A stretch of DNA of 62,700 nt, counting the filler. It is 2 parts of 2 records of this genome, joined end to end, with 100 filler letters (N's around TTAATTAATTAA, not from the genome) between each part and the next. Parts side by side here need not be neighbours in the genome. Positions count along the whole stretch, not along the records: positions 31,357 to 62,700 come from SRR20825006_85; 1 more part is not named here. One strand, 5' to 3'. Position 1 is the first letter of the stretch; every line of letters begins with the position of its first letter. Position numbers and translations under genes: made by a program. The notes beneath the pieces are model-generated. The model was not told the origin of the DNA and did no database searches. It saw only the letters and a list, made by a program, of their open reading frames with translations. This document shows positions 41,137 through 50,793 of the stretch, one piece after another.

Positions 41137-41379
41137 TTAAGCCTCAATATTGATCACACGCTCAATTTGTGGCGCGTGCTTTTTTATCGTCATTTCAACA
41201 CCGCTTTTAAGTGTCATTTGATTTACACTACACCCTACGCAAGCACCTTCTAGTTGTACTTTTACAGTTGTGCCATCCTCGATAGAAAGCAACGAAATAT
41301 CACCACCGTCATTTTGCAAAAACGGACGGATTTCTTCTAAAGCTGCTTCAACCTTGCCTTTTAATTCTGTGTCTGTCAT
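41137..41379 (-). CDS. NifU C-terminal/NfuA-like Fe-S protein
   Basis: IRPFLQNDGGD; GACVGC. Confidence 0.92.
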   Translation of the reverse strand: MTDTELKGKVEAALEEIRPFLQNDGGDISLLSIEDGTTVKVQLEGACVGCSVNQMTLKSGVEMTIKKHAPQIERVINIEA

Positions 41380-41382
41380 ATC

Positions 41383-42519
41383 TTATTTTTTAACGGCGGC
41401 ACAGCCAGCCATAGTTGTAATTTTCACAGCCTCTGTTGGAGGCAAATTATCGTTACGCTTCACCAACTCTTCAACGCTGTTACGAGTCATCGTCTCAAAA
41501 GCTTCTGATAAGATGGTATCATCTTGTAAGGCTGCAGGTCGACCTACATCTCCTGCCTCACGAATACTTTGCACTAACGGAATTTGCGCCAGTAACCGCA
41601 CATCTAAATCTTCAGCTAAATTACGTGCACCTTCTTTTCCAAATATAAAATATTTATTCTCAGGCAACTCCTCTGGAGTGAACCAAGCCATATTTTCTAC
41701 GATTCCTAAAACCGGCACATTGATACTTTCTTGCTGAAACATCGCCACCCCTTTTTTAGCATCGGCTAAAGCTACATTTTGCGGCGTACTCACCACAACT
41801 GCACCGGTAAGCGGCATCGCCTGTACAATACTCAGGTGAATATCACCCGTTCCCGGAGGAAGATCTACTAAAAGAAAATCAAGCTCGCCCCAGGCAGCAT
41901 CAAAAATCATTTGATTTAAAGCTTTTGACGCCATTGGTCCACGCCAAACCACAGCCTGATCGGGTTTTGTAAAGAAGCCAATAGACAAAATCTTCACCCC
42001 GTAACTCTCTACAGGTTTCATTTTCTGTTTACCATCTTCTTTTACCGAAAGCGGTTTCTCGTCTTGTACATCAAACATAATCGGGATTGAAGGCCCGTAA
42101 ATATCTGCATCGAGAATCCCAACCTTAAAGCCCATTTTCTGCAAGCTCACTGCTAAGTTTGCAGTAATTGTAGATTTCCCAACCCCTCCTTTACCGGAAG
42201 CAACAGCAATGATATTTTGAATCCCGGGAATTGGCTTCCCTTTAATCTCATTCACCTGTTTTTTTTCAGGAGCATCTACACGTACATTAACCTTTACTTT
42301 AGCCTTTTGGTGTACCTCAGCGTGAATCGCTTTCATGATTTCAACTTCAGTTTTCTTTTTGGCTTGTAAACTTGGGTTTTTTATCGTGATATCAACAATA
42401 ACTTCATCTCCAAAGGTAACCATATTGGTCACTGCGCCGCTTGTCACCATATCCTCGCCTTCTCCCGGCACGCTAATGGTTTTTAAAGCGTCATAAATTG
42501 CTAGTTTTTCTAACTTCAC
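41383..42519 (-). CDS. mrp: Mrp/NBP35 (ApbC) Fe-S carrier ATPase
   Basis: SGKGGVGKST; DADIYGPS; WRGPM; DLPPGTGD. Confidence 0.93.
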   Translation of the reverse strand: MKLEKLAIYDALKTISVPGEGEDMVTSGAVTNMVTFGDEVIVDITIKNPSLQAKKKTEVEIMKAIHAEVHQKAKVKVNVRVDAPEKKQVNEIKGKPIPGIQNIIAVASGKGGVGKSTITANLAVSLQKMGFKVGILDADIYGPSIPIMFDVQDEKPLSVKEDGKQKMKPVESYGVKILSIGFFTKPDQAVVWRGPMASKALNQMIFDAAWGELDFLLVDLPPGTGDIHLSIVQAMPLTGAVVVSTPQNVALADAKKGVAMFQQESINVPVLGIVENMAWFTPEELPENKYFIFGKEGARNLAEDLDVRLLAQIPLVQSIREAGDVGRPAALQDDTILSEAFETMTRNSVEELVKRNDNLPPTEAVKITTMAGCAAVKK

Positions 42520-42768
42520 GTTGTCGTTCTTTCATTAATTCTATTGCTGCAAATATAGGCTGAAATCTTCAGAACTCGAAAGAGTTATTTGTTATCTGAC
42601 CATTGAAAACCCTTATGTTTTCCACAGAAAAAACAAGCCTAGAATTGCGCTGTTAATTGGTCGTATCATAGCCTTGAGCATCCCCGTCTTCGCACTATCG
42701 CACTATAATTAAAATGCATTTCTAACATCTAGACATTGGGAGCTGCTTAAGTTAGTGTACTAGTCGGT

Positions 42769-43116
42769 TTACTCATCAAAACCTATCACCTCCACCGGAT
42801 CCCAAAAATGCTTTTTAAAATTCTGAAGTTGATCGTCTACCACGGTATGCCCTTCACTCTCTAGTAATTGTTGCATTAAATGCGTTCCCTGAAAGTGATG
42901 CTTTCCGGTTAACAATCCGTTACGGTTTAATACGCGATGCGCCGGCACATCTTCCATAGCTGAGGCACCATTCATAGCATAACCAACCATTCTCGCACTT
43001 CGAGGAGCTCCCAGACACTTAGCAATAGCTCCATACGAAGTCACTTTTCCGTAGGGAATCTTGCGAGCGACCTCGTATACTTTTTGAAAAAAATTAAGCG
43101 TTTCAGGTTTTGGCAT
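42769..43116 (-). CDS. MGMT family / alkyltransferase-like protein
   Basis: IPYGKVTSYG; PAHRV, which lacks the catalytic Cys of PCHRV. Confidence 0.85.
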   Translation of the reverse strand: MPKPETLNFFQKVYEVARKIPYGKVTSYGAIAKCLGAPRSARMVGYAMNGASAMEDVPAHRVLNRNGLLTGKHHFQGTHLMQQLLESEGHTVVDDQLQNFKKHFWDPVEVIGFDE

Positions 43117-43735
43117 ACAGCATACGTATAAGCGTGAGAATTACCAGAACGATCATCAGCGCAGCCATAAAATAATTAGAATATTTGGCAAAGTTGCGCG
43201 GCTCGTGTTGAATGCGATTAAAGCCCACCACATAAAGATATAAAGCTGTAAACGTCCCTGATGCAGCAGCCAGTGTAAACAAACCGATCTCTAACCAGCC
43301 GTTATTACTCACACTTGTGATGTTAAATGCAGCGCTTAAGGCACAGAAATACGGAATAGGCAACACGTTAATCACCGCAACAAAAAGTCCTTTTGCAAAA
43401 CTTCGGCGCCCGCTGTGTTTAGGGATCTTAACTTTTTTTACGCGATTTTTTTTAGCTGCAACAAAAAAGTATACTGCTAAAATGCCAAAAATCACAATTC
43501 CGGTACGCAGTAACGTATTACGCACCACCGGATGACTAAAAATATACCGCGCTAATAAAATGGCCACAAAAGCCTGAATCAAGACCACGATTGACGCGCC
43601 TATGGCCACAAGCACTCCATTACGCATCCCGCGATGCACGCAGGTTTTAGCAACAGACATGTTCACTAAACCCGGTGGCAAAACCCCTAAAAAGGCCGCA
43701 AAATAAGTAATGAAAAAGAGCTTGGTTATTTCCAC
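43103..43735 (-). CDS. LysE-family transporter
   Basis: PPGLVN motif; about 6 TM helices. Confidence 0.75.
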   Translation of the reverse strand: MEITKLFFITYFAAFLGVLPPGLVNMSVAKTCVHRGMRNGVLVAIGASIVVLIQAFVAILLARYIFSHPVVRNTLLRTGIVIFGILAVYFFVAAKKNRVKKVKIPKHSGRRSFAKGLFVAVINVLPIPYFCALSAAFNITSVSNNGWLEIGLFTLAAASGTFTALYLYVVGFNRIQHEPRNFAKYSNYFMAALMIVLVILTLIRMLYAKT

Positions 43736-43741
43736 AAATAC

Positions 43742-44416
43742 TTAGTTTATCTTGAATTTAATGTAGGTAATAGGTTTCCCTTTTTCAAGATACTGTTTTT
43801 CATAAAAAGTCTGAATACCAACCACTTCCTTTGGTGCCTCGTGATTGATATAAATGTTATGGTGCGCATATAAAATCTCGTGCCCCAGCCCTTCTAAAAG
43901 CCCTAAGGTATAACCGTGCATATACTCACTATCTGTCTTTAAATGCATCAACCCATCAGGTTTTAAAATCGCTTTATAGCGTGCTAAAAACTCAGGGTTG
44001 GTCATACGATGCTTGGTGCGCTTGTACTTGATCTGAGGATCAGGAAAGGTGATCCAGATCTCTGAAATTTCGTTTTCGGCAAATGCTCTATCTACCAGCT
44101 CAATCTGCGTACGCAGGAAACCCGCATTGGTGATATTTTCCTCCAAAGCTGTTTTTGCTCCACGCCAAAACCGAGCTCCTTTAATATCAATACCCAGAAA
44201 GTTTTTTTCGGGAAAACGCTGCGCCAAACCAACGGTATATTCTCCTTTTCCACAGCCTAATTCTAAAACAATAGGCTTATCATTTTTAAAGAAATCACGA
44301 TTCCAATTTCCTTTTAAGAGAAACTCTTGATCAGTCAATTCTTCCCTTTTGGGCTGAATGACATTTTCAAAAGTCTCATTTTCGCGAAAGCGTTTTAATT
44401 TATTTTTACTTCCCAA
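43742..44416 (-). CDS. trmB: tRNA (guanine-N7)-methyltransferase
   Basis: LELGCGKGE; FPDP; LKTD. Start moved to TTG 44416 (MGSKNKLKRF). Confidence 0.93.
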   Translation of the reverse strand: MGSKNKLKRFRENETFENVIQPKREELTDQEFLLKGNWNRDFFKNDKPIVLELGCGKGEYTVGLAQRFPEKNFLGIDIKGARFWRGAKTALEENITNAGFLRTQIELVDRAFAENEISEIWITFPDPQIKYKRTKHRMTNPEFLARYKAILKPDGLMHLKTDSEYMHGYTLGLLEGLGHEILYAHHNIYINHEAPKEVVGIQTFYEKQYLEKGKPITYIKFKIN

Positions 44417-44715
44417 AAGCTCTGATTTCTTATTCCTACCGCGGATGTTACTATTCTGACTACTAAAATGCCGTGTAATGATCATCACCCCGGCATTTTA
44501 AAAAAATCGGCTCAAATATACGTGTACTCTTACAAATGCACTGCGTATTATTTAGGATTATCGGGGCTAACATCTACGTAACATTCCGAAATTAATTTAT
44601 AATGCTGAATAACAGCTGTTTAAAAATTTAAATTTACTATACTAAACCGTAATTTTAATAGTTTGGTAAACTAGCTGAAACATTTAGTTTTCAGTGATGT
44701 TACAACTTTGTATCA

Positions 44716-45885
44716 ATGAAATTACACAAAACCATATTGGTCGCTCCGCTGAATTGGGGTCTTGGGCATGCTACCCGAAGCATCCCCATCATTTATGCGC
44801 TTATCGCCGAAGGTTTTGAGGTGATTTTAGCAAGCGACGGTATGGCGCTTACGCTCTTGCAAAAAGAATTTCCGCAGTTAGAAAGCATCGAGTTGCCTTC
44901 TTATAAAATTGAATACGCAAAAAAAGCAAAACGCTTTAAATGGAAAATGCTTTTACGCAGTCCAAAAGTGCTCAAAGCCATTAGGCAAGAACGTGAGCAA
45001 CTTAAAAGTTTGGTAAAAACTAAGAAAATAGATGGTGTAATTTCAGACAATCGCTTGGGTTTATATCATACTGAGATTCCTACCGTATTTATCACGCATC
45101 AACTTCAGGTTTTAAGCGGAAGCACTACCCGACTAACTTCTGCGATGCACCGCAATTACATCAAGAAATTTGATGAATGCTGGGTGCCTGATTTTGCTGA
45201 AGAATCAAACCTCAGCGGAAAACTTGGACATCCTAAAAAGTTTGAGATCCCGGTAAAATACATTGGCGCTTTATCCCGTCTTGAGCCAGTAGAAACGAAT
45301 TCTAGCTATGACATTATGGTGTTGCTTAGCGGTCCTGAGCCCCAGCGTACAGAACTAGAAGAGCTTTTAATGCACGAACTGAAGCACTACAAAGGTCAGG
45401 TGCTTTTTGTGCGCGGTGTAGTTGAAGAAGAGCAAACAGTCACCCGTAAAGAGCAGGTTAAAATTGTAAACTTTATGGAAACTGAAGATTTACAAAAAGC
45501 CTTATGCGCAAGTGATCTTATCATTTGTCGTTCAGGATACACGACCGTAATGGATTTGTATAAGCTGAAAAAGAAAGCTTTTTTTATTCCAACTCCCGGC
45601 CAAACCGAACAAGAATATCTTGCTAAGCGTCTGCACAATTTAGGCATAATCCCGTATAAGGATCAGGAAAAATTCAGTTTAAAAGATTTGAGTAAGGTTA
45701 AGGTGTATAGTGGTTTTACCTCATCATTTGACCAAGTCAGATTTAACCAGGGGAGCTTCAGGGAGCTCTTCGGCCTTTTCAAGGGTGAACGAAAACTCAG
45801 ATCCCACTCCAAAGTCGCTTTCAACATAAATCTTTTCGTCATGGGCTTCAATAATGTGCTTGACGATAGAGAGCCCAAGTCCTGA
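44716..45885 (+). CDS. GT-B glycosyltransferase (GT28 C-terminal-like)
   Basis: WGLGHATR; ISDNR; RSGYTT; IPTPGQTEQ. Confidence 0.85.
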   Translation: MKLHKTILVAPLNWGLGHATRSIPIIYALIAEGFEVILASDGMALTLLQKEFPQLESIELPSYKIEYAKKAKRFKWKMLLRSPKVLKAIRQEREQLKSLVKTKKIDGVISDNRLGLYHTEIPTVFITHQLQVLSGSTTRLTSAMHRNYIKKFDECWVPDFAEESNLSGKLGHPKKFEIPVKYIGALSRLEPVETNSSYDIMVLLSGPEPQRTELEELLMHELKHYKGQVLFVRGVVEEEQTVTRKEQVKIVNFMETEDLQKALCASDLIICRSGYTTVMDLYKLKKKAFFIPTPGQTEQEYLAKRLHNLGIIPYKDQEKFSLKDLSKVKVYSGFTSSFDQVRFNQGSFRELFGLFKGERKLRSHSKVAFNINLFVMGFNNVLDDREPKS

Positions 45886-46809
45886 ACCACCTTCACGCCG
45901 CGAACCGCTTTTATCTACGCGATAGAAACGTTCAAACAGTCGTGGAATATGCTCTGAAGAAATCCCTTCTCCATTATCAGTCACACGCACTATAACTTTA
46001 TTCTGAATAAGATTTTCTATCGAAATCTCTGTGGTTCCGTCTTGTTTTCCATACTTTACTGAATTTACAATAAGATTAGTCAACAACTGCTGAATACGCT
46101 CCCGATCGGCATTAACCATTATAGGATAATCATAATCCATATCCGTGGTGAGCGTAATATTTTTCTTAGCAGCTTCCATCTCAAGAAGTTCAAAAGTATC
46201 GTTGACCAACTCGACCATATCAAAATATTCATACCGAATATTAAGATCTCCAACTTCGAGCTTAGCGATCATATCCAGATCGTTAACGAGATAGACCAGA
46301 CGCTCAATTGAAGCTCCAGCACGCTTCAAATACTTTTTGCGTACCGATTTGTCTTTCATCGCCCCATCAAGAAGCGTCAAAATATAACCCTGCGCAGTAA
46401 ACAAAGGCGTTTTGAGTTCGTGCGCCACATTCCCCATAAATTCCTTGCGGTATTCTTCTCTGATTTTAAGCGATTCGATCTCTAACTTTTTGCTTGCAGC
46501 AAAGCGCTCTACCTCTTTTGTAAGGCTAGACATATCTGTCGTGATCTGACCACGACGCAAAGAGGTTACATCCAGAAGCGTAACGTCATCATAAATTTGC
46601 TTGACCCTGTTGTAGATAAATCGTTCTACCCGAACTTGGATCAACAAAAAAGACAACGCAAAACACACCAACGCAAATAGAATGGTAAATACCCAATCTA
46701 TGCTGGCGGTCATATAGAAAAAAACGCTCACAAAGAGCGTTAAGGCTACCGTGACCATCAGTGATGAAAACACTGCAAAACGGTATGATTTTTTAAAATT
46801 TACTGCCAT
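45724..46809 (-). CDS. Sensor histidine kinase, PhoR-like
   Basis: Two TM helices; HELKTPL; NSVKY; DNGEGI; FERFYRVD; GSGLGL. Confidence 0.9.
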   Translation of the reverse strand: MAVNFKKSYRFAVFSSLMVTVALTLFVSVFFYMTASIDWVFTILFALVCFALSFLLIQVRVERFIYNRVKQIYDDVTLLDVTSLRRGQITTDMSSLTKEVERFAASKKLEIESLKIREEYRKEFMGNVAHELKTPLFTAQGYILTLLDGAMKDKSVRKKYLKRAGASIERLVYLVNDLDMIAKLEVGDLNIRYEYFDMVELVNDTFELLEMEAAKKNITLTTDMDYDYPIMVNADRERIQQLLTNLIVNSVKYGKQDGTTEISIENLIQNKVIVRVTDNGEGISSEHIPRLFERFYRVDKSGSRREGGSGLGLSIVKHIIEAHDEKIYVESDFGVGSEFSFTLEKAEELPEAPLVKSDLVK

Positions 46810-47493
46810 TTAAACCACAAATTTGTACCCTACGCCTTTAATGGTTTTAAATTTTTTATCGCCTATCTTTTCACGTAGTTTTCTAATGTGCACATCAATA
46901 GTTCTGCCACCTACAACCACTTCATTACCCCAAACTTTGTCAAGAATATCTTCTCGCTTAAATACTTTCCCGGGTTTTGAAGCAAGCAAAGAAAGTAGTT
47001 CAAACTCCTTACGTGGCAGTACCATCTCTTTTTTGTCTTTAATGATCTTGTATTCTTCGCGATTGATTACCAGATCACCTATTTTAACCGAACTGTCACC
47101 CTCTTCTTCCTCTTTAAGACGACGCAGTAGCGCCTTTACTTTACTTACTAAAACTTTAGGCTTGATAGGCTTTGTAATATAATCGTCAGCACCGGCGTCA
47201 TAACCGGCTACTTGAGAATAATCCTCTCCGCGAGCCGTTAAGAACGTTATGATCGTTTCTTCGTGACCCGGCAGTTTACGTATTTGTTCACAGGCTTCGA
47301 TACCATCCATCTCGGGCATCATCACATCAAGAATAATAAGATGCGGACTATTCTTTTTAGCTGCTTTTACCCCTTCTTTTCCGTTTGAAGCGGTAATGAC
47401 TTGATAACCTTCGTTACTCAGGTTATACCCTACAATCTCAAGAATATCCGGCTCGTCGTCAACAAGCAAAATCTTAATCTCTTTTTTCTTCAT
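46810..47493 (-). CDS. OmpR/PhoB-family response regulator
   Basis: REC domain plus winged helix (RTIDVHIRKLREK; TIKGVGY). Confidence 0.93.
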   Translation of the reverse strand: MKKKEIKILLVDDEPDILEIVGYNLSNEGYQVITASNGKEGVKAAKKNSPHLIILDVMMPEMDGIEACEQIRKLPGHEETIITFLTARGEDYSQVAGYDAGADDYITKPIKPKVLVSKVKALLRRLKEEEEGDSSVKIGDLVINREEYKIIKDKKEMVLPRKEFELLSLLASKPGKVFKREDILDKVWGNEVVVGGRTIDVHIRKLREKIGDKKFKTIKGVGYKFVV

Positions 47494-47654
47494 AAGACTA
47501 AAAATTTAATCGAATCGTAAAGATACATTTTAATATTTGGCACGGTCATGCTAACTGCATTGGTAACATTTAGATAAACTTAGCTTGCTTTAAAAATAAT
47601 AAATGTTAGCCTGCTTTTTGATTTTAAATAACTTTACATCCTCTAAATTTATGT

Positions 47655-48632
47655 ATGCTTCCAGATTCTATATTCCAAATTCAAACCCAAGATCAGTTTA
47701 AAAAACATGCCTTAGCATCATTTAACTATCAGTGGGAGCATAACACCATTTACCGTCAATTTTGTGATCATTTAAAAGTTGATCCTGCTGCTATTACTGA
47801 GCTTGATCAAATTCCGTTTTTGCCCATTCAGTTTTTTAAAGAATTTAAAATCATAGCTTCAGAAGATGCGGTGCAAACGGTTTTCACCAGTAGCGGAACC
47901 ACCGGAAGCATCACCAGCAAACATTATGTAACCGATCTAAAAGTGTATGAGAAAAGCTTTCGCGAAAGCTTTAAACTGCATTATGGTGCTATTGAAGACT
48001 ATACGGTGCTTGCGTTGCTCCCGTCTTACTTGGAACGCGATGGTTCATCTCTTATTTATATGGTTGACTGTTTGATCAAAGACAGTAAAAAACCAGATAG
48101 CGGCTTTTATCTGAATGATTATAACGCTTTAAGCGAAAAATTAGAACGTCTGGATGCCGCAGGCGAAAAAGTGCTTTTAATTGGGGTTTCTTTTGCGTTG
48201 CTTGATCTTGTTGAGCAATTTGAATTTACACTGAAAAATACCATTGTGATGGAAACCGGTGGTATGAAAGGCCGAAGGAAAGAACTCATTAGAGAGGAAT
48301 TACACGCAATTCTAAAAGAAGGCTTTGGTGTAACTGAAATTCATAGCGAATATGGGATGACCGAATTGCTTTCGCAAGGCTATTCTAACGGAAACGGCAT
48401 TTTTACAAATCCGCCTTGGATGCAGGTTTTTATGCGCGATACCGAAGATGCATTAAATTATGTAGCTCCCGGAAAAACCGGCGGAATCAACGTGATCGAT
48501 CTCGCCAATCACTATTCGTGTCCTTTTATCGCGACTCAAGATTTAGGTAAAAAACTCGATGAAAACCGCTTTGAGATTTTAGGTCGCTTTGACACTTCTG
48601 ACATTCGCGGCTGTAACTTGATGGTTTTGTGA
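47655..48632 (+). CDS. LuxE-family acyl-protein synthetase
   Basis: FTSSGTTG; ETGGMKG; SEYGMTE; RGCN. Confidence 0.85.
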   Translation: MLPDSIFQIQTQDQFKKHALASFNYQWEHNTIYRQFCDHLKVDPAAITELDQIPFLPIQFFKEFKIIASEDAVQTVFTSSGTTGSITSKHYVTDLKVYEKSFRESFKLHYGAIEDYTVLALLPSYLERDGSSLIYMVDCLIKDSKKPDSGFYLNDYNALSEKLERLDAAGEKVLLIGVSFALLDLVEQFEFTLKNTIVMETGGMKGRRKELIREELHAILKEGFGVTEIHSEYGMTELLSQGYSNGNGIFTNPPWMQVFMRDTEDALNYVAPGKTGGINVIDLANHYSCPFIATQDLGKKLDENRFEILGRFDTSDIRGCNLMVL

Positions 48633-48682
48633 TTTTTTTGAAAAAAAGATGTAAGGTATCTCCTATATAACCGACTCAATAA

Positions 48683-48753
48683 GTGTTCATAATTGGTTGG
48701 TTAGTTAAGTTGGAAAACCCGGTTACTTGATAAGAAAGAGTGCCGGGTTTTTT
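48683..48753 (+). ncRNA. Candidate small RNA with an ECF-like promoter and intrinsic terminator
   Basis: TGTAAG-N16-CGAC (48650-48675); unstructured G/U-rich segment; AAAACCCGG/CCGGGTTTT stem plus T-run. Confidence 0.45.
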
Positions 48754-48804
48754 ATTGGCCCCGCCAAAGGGGTTCAAGAGCTTTAAGGCTTCCTTCTGAA
48801 CCTC

Positions 48805-49275
48805 TTAGATCTGAATCTGACGTTCTATCTGCTGATTTAACGAGATAAACGTTTCGGTTCTTGAAACGCCATCAATCGCCTGTACTTTTTTATTTAAAAG
48901 ATGCATTAAGTGTTCGTTATTCTTACACAGGATCTTGATAAAAATAGACCAGTTCCCGGTAGTGTAATGACACTCCAAAACTTCCGGGATTTCTTCAAGC
49001 TGTTTTACGGCTTTAGGGTTGCTCATCGCCCGATCTAAATAAATCCCAATAAACGCCATTGTATTATATCCTAAGATCTTTGGGTCTATGGTAAACTTAG
49101 AGCCGGTGATCAAACCCGATTTTTCTAATTTTCTGAGACGTTGATGTATCGCAGCTCCAGAAATCCCGACTTGACGTGCAATCTCTAAAATGGGTTTACG
49201 TGCATCATCCATCAATTGACGAAGAATAATTTTATCAATCCCGTCTATTGCTATTTGTTCGTTTACGATTTTCAT
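48805..49275 (-). CDS. Lrp/AsnC family regulator
   Basis: IDGIDKIIL HTH; ECHYTTG; GVSRTET. Confidence 0.92.
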   Translation of the reverse strand: MKIVNEQIAIDGIDKIILRQLMDDARKPILEIARQVGISGAAIHQRLRKLEKSGLITGSKFTIDPKILGYNTMAFIGIYLDRAMSNPKAVKQLEEIPEVLECHYTTGNWSIFIKILCKNNEHLMHLLNKKVQAIDGVSRTETFISLNQQIERQIQI

Positions 49276-49365
49276 AACCTATAGTATTTCAACTAAAAAT
49301 AGCAATTAACTCCATTACTATAAGCCTAACCCTGTAAAAAACTTTAAATTTTTAATCAGCCTGAT

Positions 49366-50730
49366 TTATTGATGATGCGGATTATACCCTAAATAAGGCA
49401 CTTCATATTCCTTAAAAACAATACCATTCTCTTCCAATTCATCTAAAATAGGATTATAAACTTCACGCCGTATCGGCAACTGAACACCGGGAGTAGTGAT
49501 CTCTTTGTTCAGTATTTTGAGTGCTGCAATACCTACCGGCAAACCAACAGTTTTTGCCATTGCAGTGTAGGTTTGATTGGTGCCAACACTCACCATTGTT
49601 GCATCAATTTGTTTCTTTTCGCCATTGATCTCATAGCCAAATTTATGATACATCACGATCATATCTTTATCAGTTTCCGCTAGCGTCCATTGATCTTCCA
49701 GAATTCGCTGCAAGCATTGCGCAGGCGTCGCTTCTTTCAACCCTATTTTTCTATTCTCATCAAACAAGTTAAGCTCTAACAATTTATCCCAAAGCAAATC
49801 ATCCTGATCAATTTTAAGCATATGACGCAACTTGAGTTGCACAGAATCGGTAGGTGAATACGGCAAAAAGAGGTTAGTAAACTCGCGATAGCTCATCGCT
49901 TCGGTGTCTTGCAAGGTATAGCTATCATCGGTCATTCCTAGTTGAACAAAAAGATTCCAGGCGCGAGAAAATCCTACACGGCGTATGGTTCCGCGGTAGA
50001 GCGTTAAAATATCTTCAAGACCGTAAATGCTTCGGTATTTTAAGGAGTTTCGATTGGCATAGGCTTCAAATCTTCCGTAGCCTTCCACATCAAGAAATTC
50101 GGTTCTTCTGAATAACCGCTGATACGGAATATACTTATAAGTACCCTCTTGAATAAATTCTGCAGCGCCGCCTTGACCGGCAAGCACCACGTTTCTGGGA
50201 TTCCAAGTGAATTTATAATTCCAAAGATTCGTATCGCTTTCGGGAGCGACTAAACCACCACAAAAAGACTCAAACAACAGCATTTTGCCGCCTGCATCAC
50301 GAACCCGATCAATCACGCGCATCGCGCTCATATGATCAATCCCCGGATCAAGACCTACTTCGTTCATAAACACAAGCCCTTTCATTTTTACCTCGTTATC
50401 AAGCTCCAGCATCGCATCGCTTATGTAGGAAGCCGTGACCAGATTTTTATTAAGCGCAAGGCAATCGCGCGCCACGTCAATATGCAAACGTGCCGGAAGC
50501 ATACTTATAACGATATCGGCTTTGCTGATTTGCTGCTGACGTTCTTCAGCATTCGCGATATCTAGTGTAATCGCATTAGCACAGGCAAGATTTCCCACCA
50601 ATCGTTTTGCCTGAGCCGGATCACGATCTGCAACCGTGAGTTGCAATTGTTCTACGGAAGCCTTGTCTGCCAAATATTTTATGAGTTGCGCAGTAGATTT
50701 TCCTGCACCAATAATCAAGATGTTTCGCAT
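49366..50730 (-). CDS. Saccharopine dehydrogenase family protein
   Basis: IIGAG; EVGLDPGIDHM; SFCGGL; YKFTWNPR; AMAKTVG. Confidence 0.9.
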   Translation of the reverse strand: MRNILIIGAGKSTAQLIKYLADKASVEQLQLTVADRDPAQAKRLVGNLACANAITLDIANAEERQQQISKADIVISMLPARLHIDVARDCLALNKNLVTASYISDAMLELDNEVKMKGLVFMNEVGLDPGIDHMSAMRVIDRVRDAGGKMLLFESFCGGLVAPESDTNLWNYKFTWNPRNVVLAGQGGAAEFIQEGTYKYIPYQRLFRRTEFLDVEGYGRFEAYANRNSLKYRSIYGLEDILTLYRGTIRRVGFSRAWNLFVQLGMTDDSYTLQDTEAMSYREFTNLFLPYSPTDSVQLKLRHMLKIDQDDLLWDKLLELNLFDENRKIGLKEATPAQCLQRILEDQWTLAETDKDMIVMYHKFGYEINGEKKQIDATMVSVGTNQTYTAMAKTVGLPVGIAALKILNKEITTPGVQLPIRREVYNPILDELEENGIVFKEYEVPYLGYNPHHQ

Positions 50731-50793
50731 AATAAAAGCGTATTTTTACATAGTATAATTTAGACATTTGATCGCATATTTTAAACCGAAGCT

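Noticed and set aside
42560..42768. ~200-bp gap between mrp and the MGMT-family gene with small stems and a CGCACTAT tandem duplication
   Set aside because: Only short stems and no promoter-terminator pair or convincing ORF
47538..47551. TGGCAC...GC as a sigma54 promoter for luxE
   Set aside because: GG-to-GC spacing is 9 nt, not the required 10
47655..48632. Bioluminescence operon
   Set aside because: luxE is alone, with no luxA/B/C/D; standalone LuxE-like genes are common in Bacteroidota
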